Source: an uncultured delta proteobacterium (GTDB lineage: Bacteria; Desulfobacterota; Binatia; Binatales; Binataceae). From it: a stretch of 64,000 nt of DNA. Under the pieces are notes generated by a model. It was not told where the DNA came from. It worked only from the letters and a program-made list of their open reading frames with translations, and searched no databases. Made by a program: the position numbers and the translations under genes. Location of the stretch: NCBI GenBank assembly GCA_963724765.1, contig CAVRVY010000004.1:1664001-1728000 (forward strand), in the 5' to 3' direction. This document shows positions 62,522 to 64,000 of this stretch, piece by piece; positions within the stretch are counted from its first letter, which is position 1; every line of letters starts with the position of its first letter.

Positions 62522-62938
62522 ATGCGAGAACTATTCATCTTGACCGCCCATCTGCTGGTGACCCTGGCAAAGCTTGGCACCCGGGGCGGTCTTGGCGCAG
62601 TGGCGGCAGAATCACTGGCGGTCAAACACCAGCTGCTCATCATGAAGCGTGCGCAGCGTCGTGCGCCGAATCTGACCTCATGGGATCGGCTGGTGCTGGG
62701 AGTTTGTGCGCTTTTGGTGTCAGCCAAACGCCTGAGCAAGATGGCTGTGATACTGAAGCCTTCCACCCTTCTGTGCTTTCACCACGCTCTGGTGAAGCGC
62801 AAGTATCGCCTGCTCTACAGCCCGAGAAAGCGCCTTCGCCCTGGACCCAAAGGCCCGTCAAAGGAACTCATTGGCGCGGTTATCGAGATGAAACGGCGAA
62901 ACCCCCGCGAACTCTCCGCACCCGCCATCATCAGTTGA
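62522..62938 (+). pseudogene. rve-type transposase 5' fragment
   Basis: AESLAVKHQLLI..R..RRAPNL...KPSTLL.FH...PGPKGP..ELI..V.EMKRRNP; truncated. Confidence 0.8.
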
Positions 62939-63492
62939 TCGAGATGTGACCGCGGAATCTAGTGTCATGTCTCGTAAGATTCTGTAACAATGCGAACGGA
63001 TTCCCCTCCGTTTGTCCCTTAAGGAGCGCGGCGTTTCGCCAGTTTAAGGTCTTCTCGTTCGCTCTAGATATTTGCGAAACACGACACTAGCCGGAGAGAT
63101 CGCGCGCCCAAGAGGCACATCGAGCAGGCGGTAGATCAGTGTGAGTCCGGGACGGCCAAAACCATCAACTGATCGCGGAAAGCGACGACTCGAGTTCCAG
63201 TTCGGTCCAGCTTCGCAAGCGGTACCGAGCAGGGAAAGCACCGCAGACATGAGCGCGAAGGTGCCAGCGATACTATGGCGACCAGTTGACAAATTCTAGA
63301 CTCTCCTCACATTTGGACTTTTGAGTAGGCATAAGTGCGAGGCGTTGATGGATCGCCACCATGGACAGCAAACCGACGTACTTGAGACCGTCATTAGAAT
63401 CAAGCATCGAGCGGCACCGGATGAGACTGTAGCAATAGCAGCACCCGAAGTCCGGCGCATCCCTGACGTTAGGATCGTCGTGAGATAGCTAG

Positions 63493-64000
63493 TCAGGCGC
63501 CGGCAAAGAAGTCATCGCGGAAAATGCGGTTCTCTGAAATTCCCTTCGCCAGAAGCAAGGTCGAAACCGATTCGCACATCTCGGGTTGACCGCAAATGTA
63601 CGCATCGTACGCGCTGGCGTCGAGGATCTCGCGCTGCAAGACCTGAGTAACCCGGCCGACAGCGCCCAGCCATTCATCGCTGGCGACCGGTGCGGATAGT
63701 GTGGGTTTGAAAGAAAAGCGCGGCATCCGTGCTTCAAGCTGATGAATCTCCTCCCGGAAAATCAAATCGCTCTCCCGTCGCGCCCCGTAATAGAACTGAA
63801 AGGATCGATCGACATTTTCGGCCGCGCAATAACGAAGTATTGACAGTAGCGGAGCGGCGCCGGCGCCGGTCGCCACAAGCAGAACCGGCCGATTGCCCGC
63901 GCGCAGATAGCTCATGCCATAGGGTCCGCGTATAGCCAGTTCGAAGCCGCGGACGAGGCGGTCAACTTGATCGGAGAACCCGCCGCCGGGGATCCGCTTC
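63493..64000 (-). CDS. FNR-family FAD/NAD(P) oxidoreductase (oxygenase reductase-like), partial at the window edge
   Basis: GPYG, LVATGAGAAP, YYGAR, YICGQPEM, C-terminal DDF. Confidence 0.88.
   Translation of the reverse strand, partial: KRIPGGGFSDQVDRLVRGFELAIRGPYGMSYLRAGNRPVLLVATGAGAAPLLSILRYCAAENVDRSFQFYYGARRESDLIFREEIHQLEARMPRFSFKPTLSAPVASDEWLGAVGRVTQVLQREILDASAYDAYICGQPEMCESVSTLLLAKGISENRIFRDDFFAGA

Noticed and set aside
1-64000. CRISPR array, cas genes, rRNA, complete tRNA, reverse transcriptase
   Set aside because: No regularly spaced repeat-spacer series or diagnostic motifs seen by eye; only tRNA 3' fragments

Overview
GC-rich bacterial window of accessory/mobile character. A Candidatus Binatota-like host is inferred, not shown, from the DUF1329-type, luciferase-like and amidohydrolase genes. 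1-4.9 kb holds a phage-like packaging module: large and small terminase plus a frameshifted ParB-DNA methyltransferase. 5.4-9 kb holds an intact IS1595 element with 25-bp terminal IRs, passenger genes and a candidate small RNA, inserted in a PD-(D/E)XK-like gene. 9-47 kb is a decaying stress/dormancy-type island (CBS, USP, Hsp20, HPF-CSD, glgP, PEPCK, PhaC-like, AMP nucleosidase, and RtcA/RtcB, NrdJ and nicotinamidase fragments) with many IS relics and several sigma-54 promoters. 47-57 kb is a fully intact cassette: hydrolase, LLM monooxygenase, coxB-A-C-D-C', a small CxxC protein, a ferritin-like protein, a sigma-54 activator with a globin/RsbR-like sensor, and a second LLM. Its A1-type heme-copper oxidase keeps the metal ligands and the D-channel but has apparently lost every K-channel residue in subunits I and II; this is the most interesting signal. 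57-64 kb holds a deleted tyrosine integrase beside a tRNA-Leu(CAA) 3' fragment (att site), a DUF2924/serine recombinase element, a polysaccharide deacetylase and a partial FAD/NAD reductase. All calls are by-eye motif recognition; no database searches were run.
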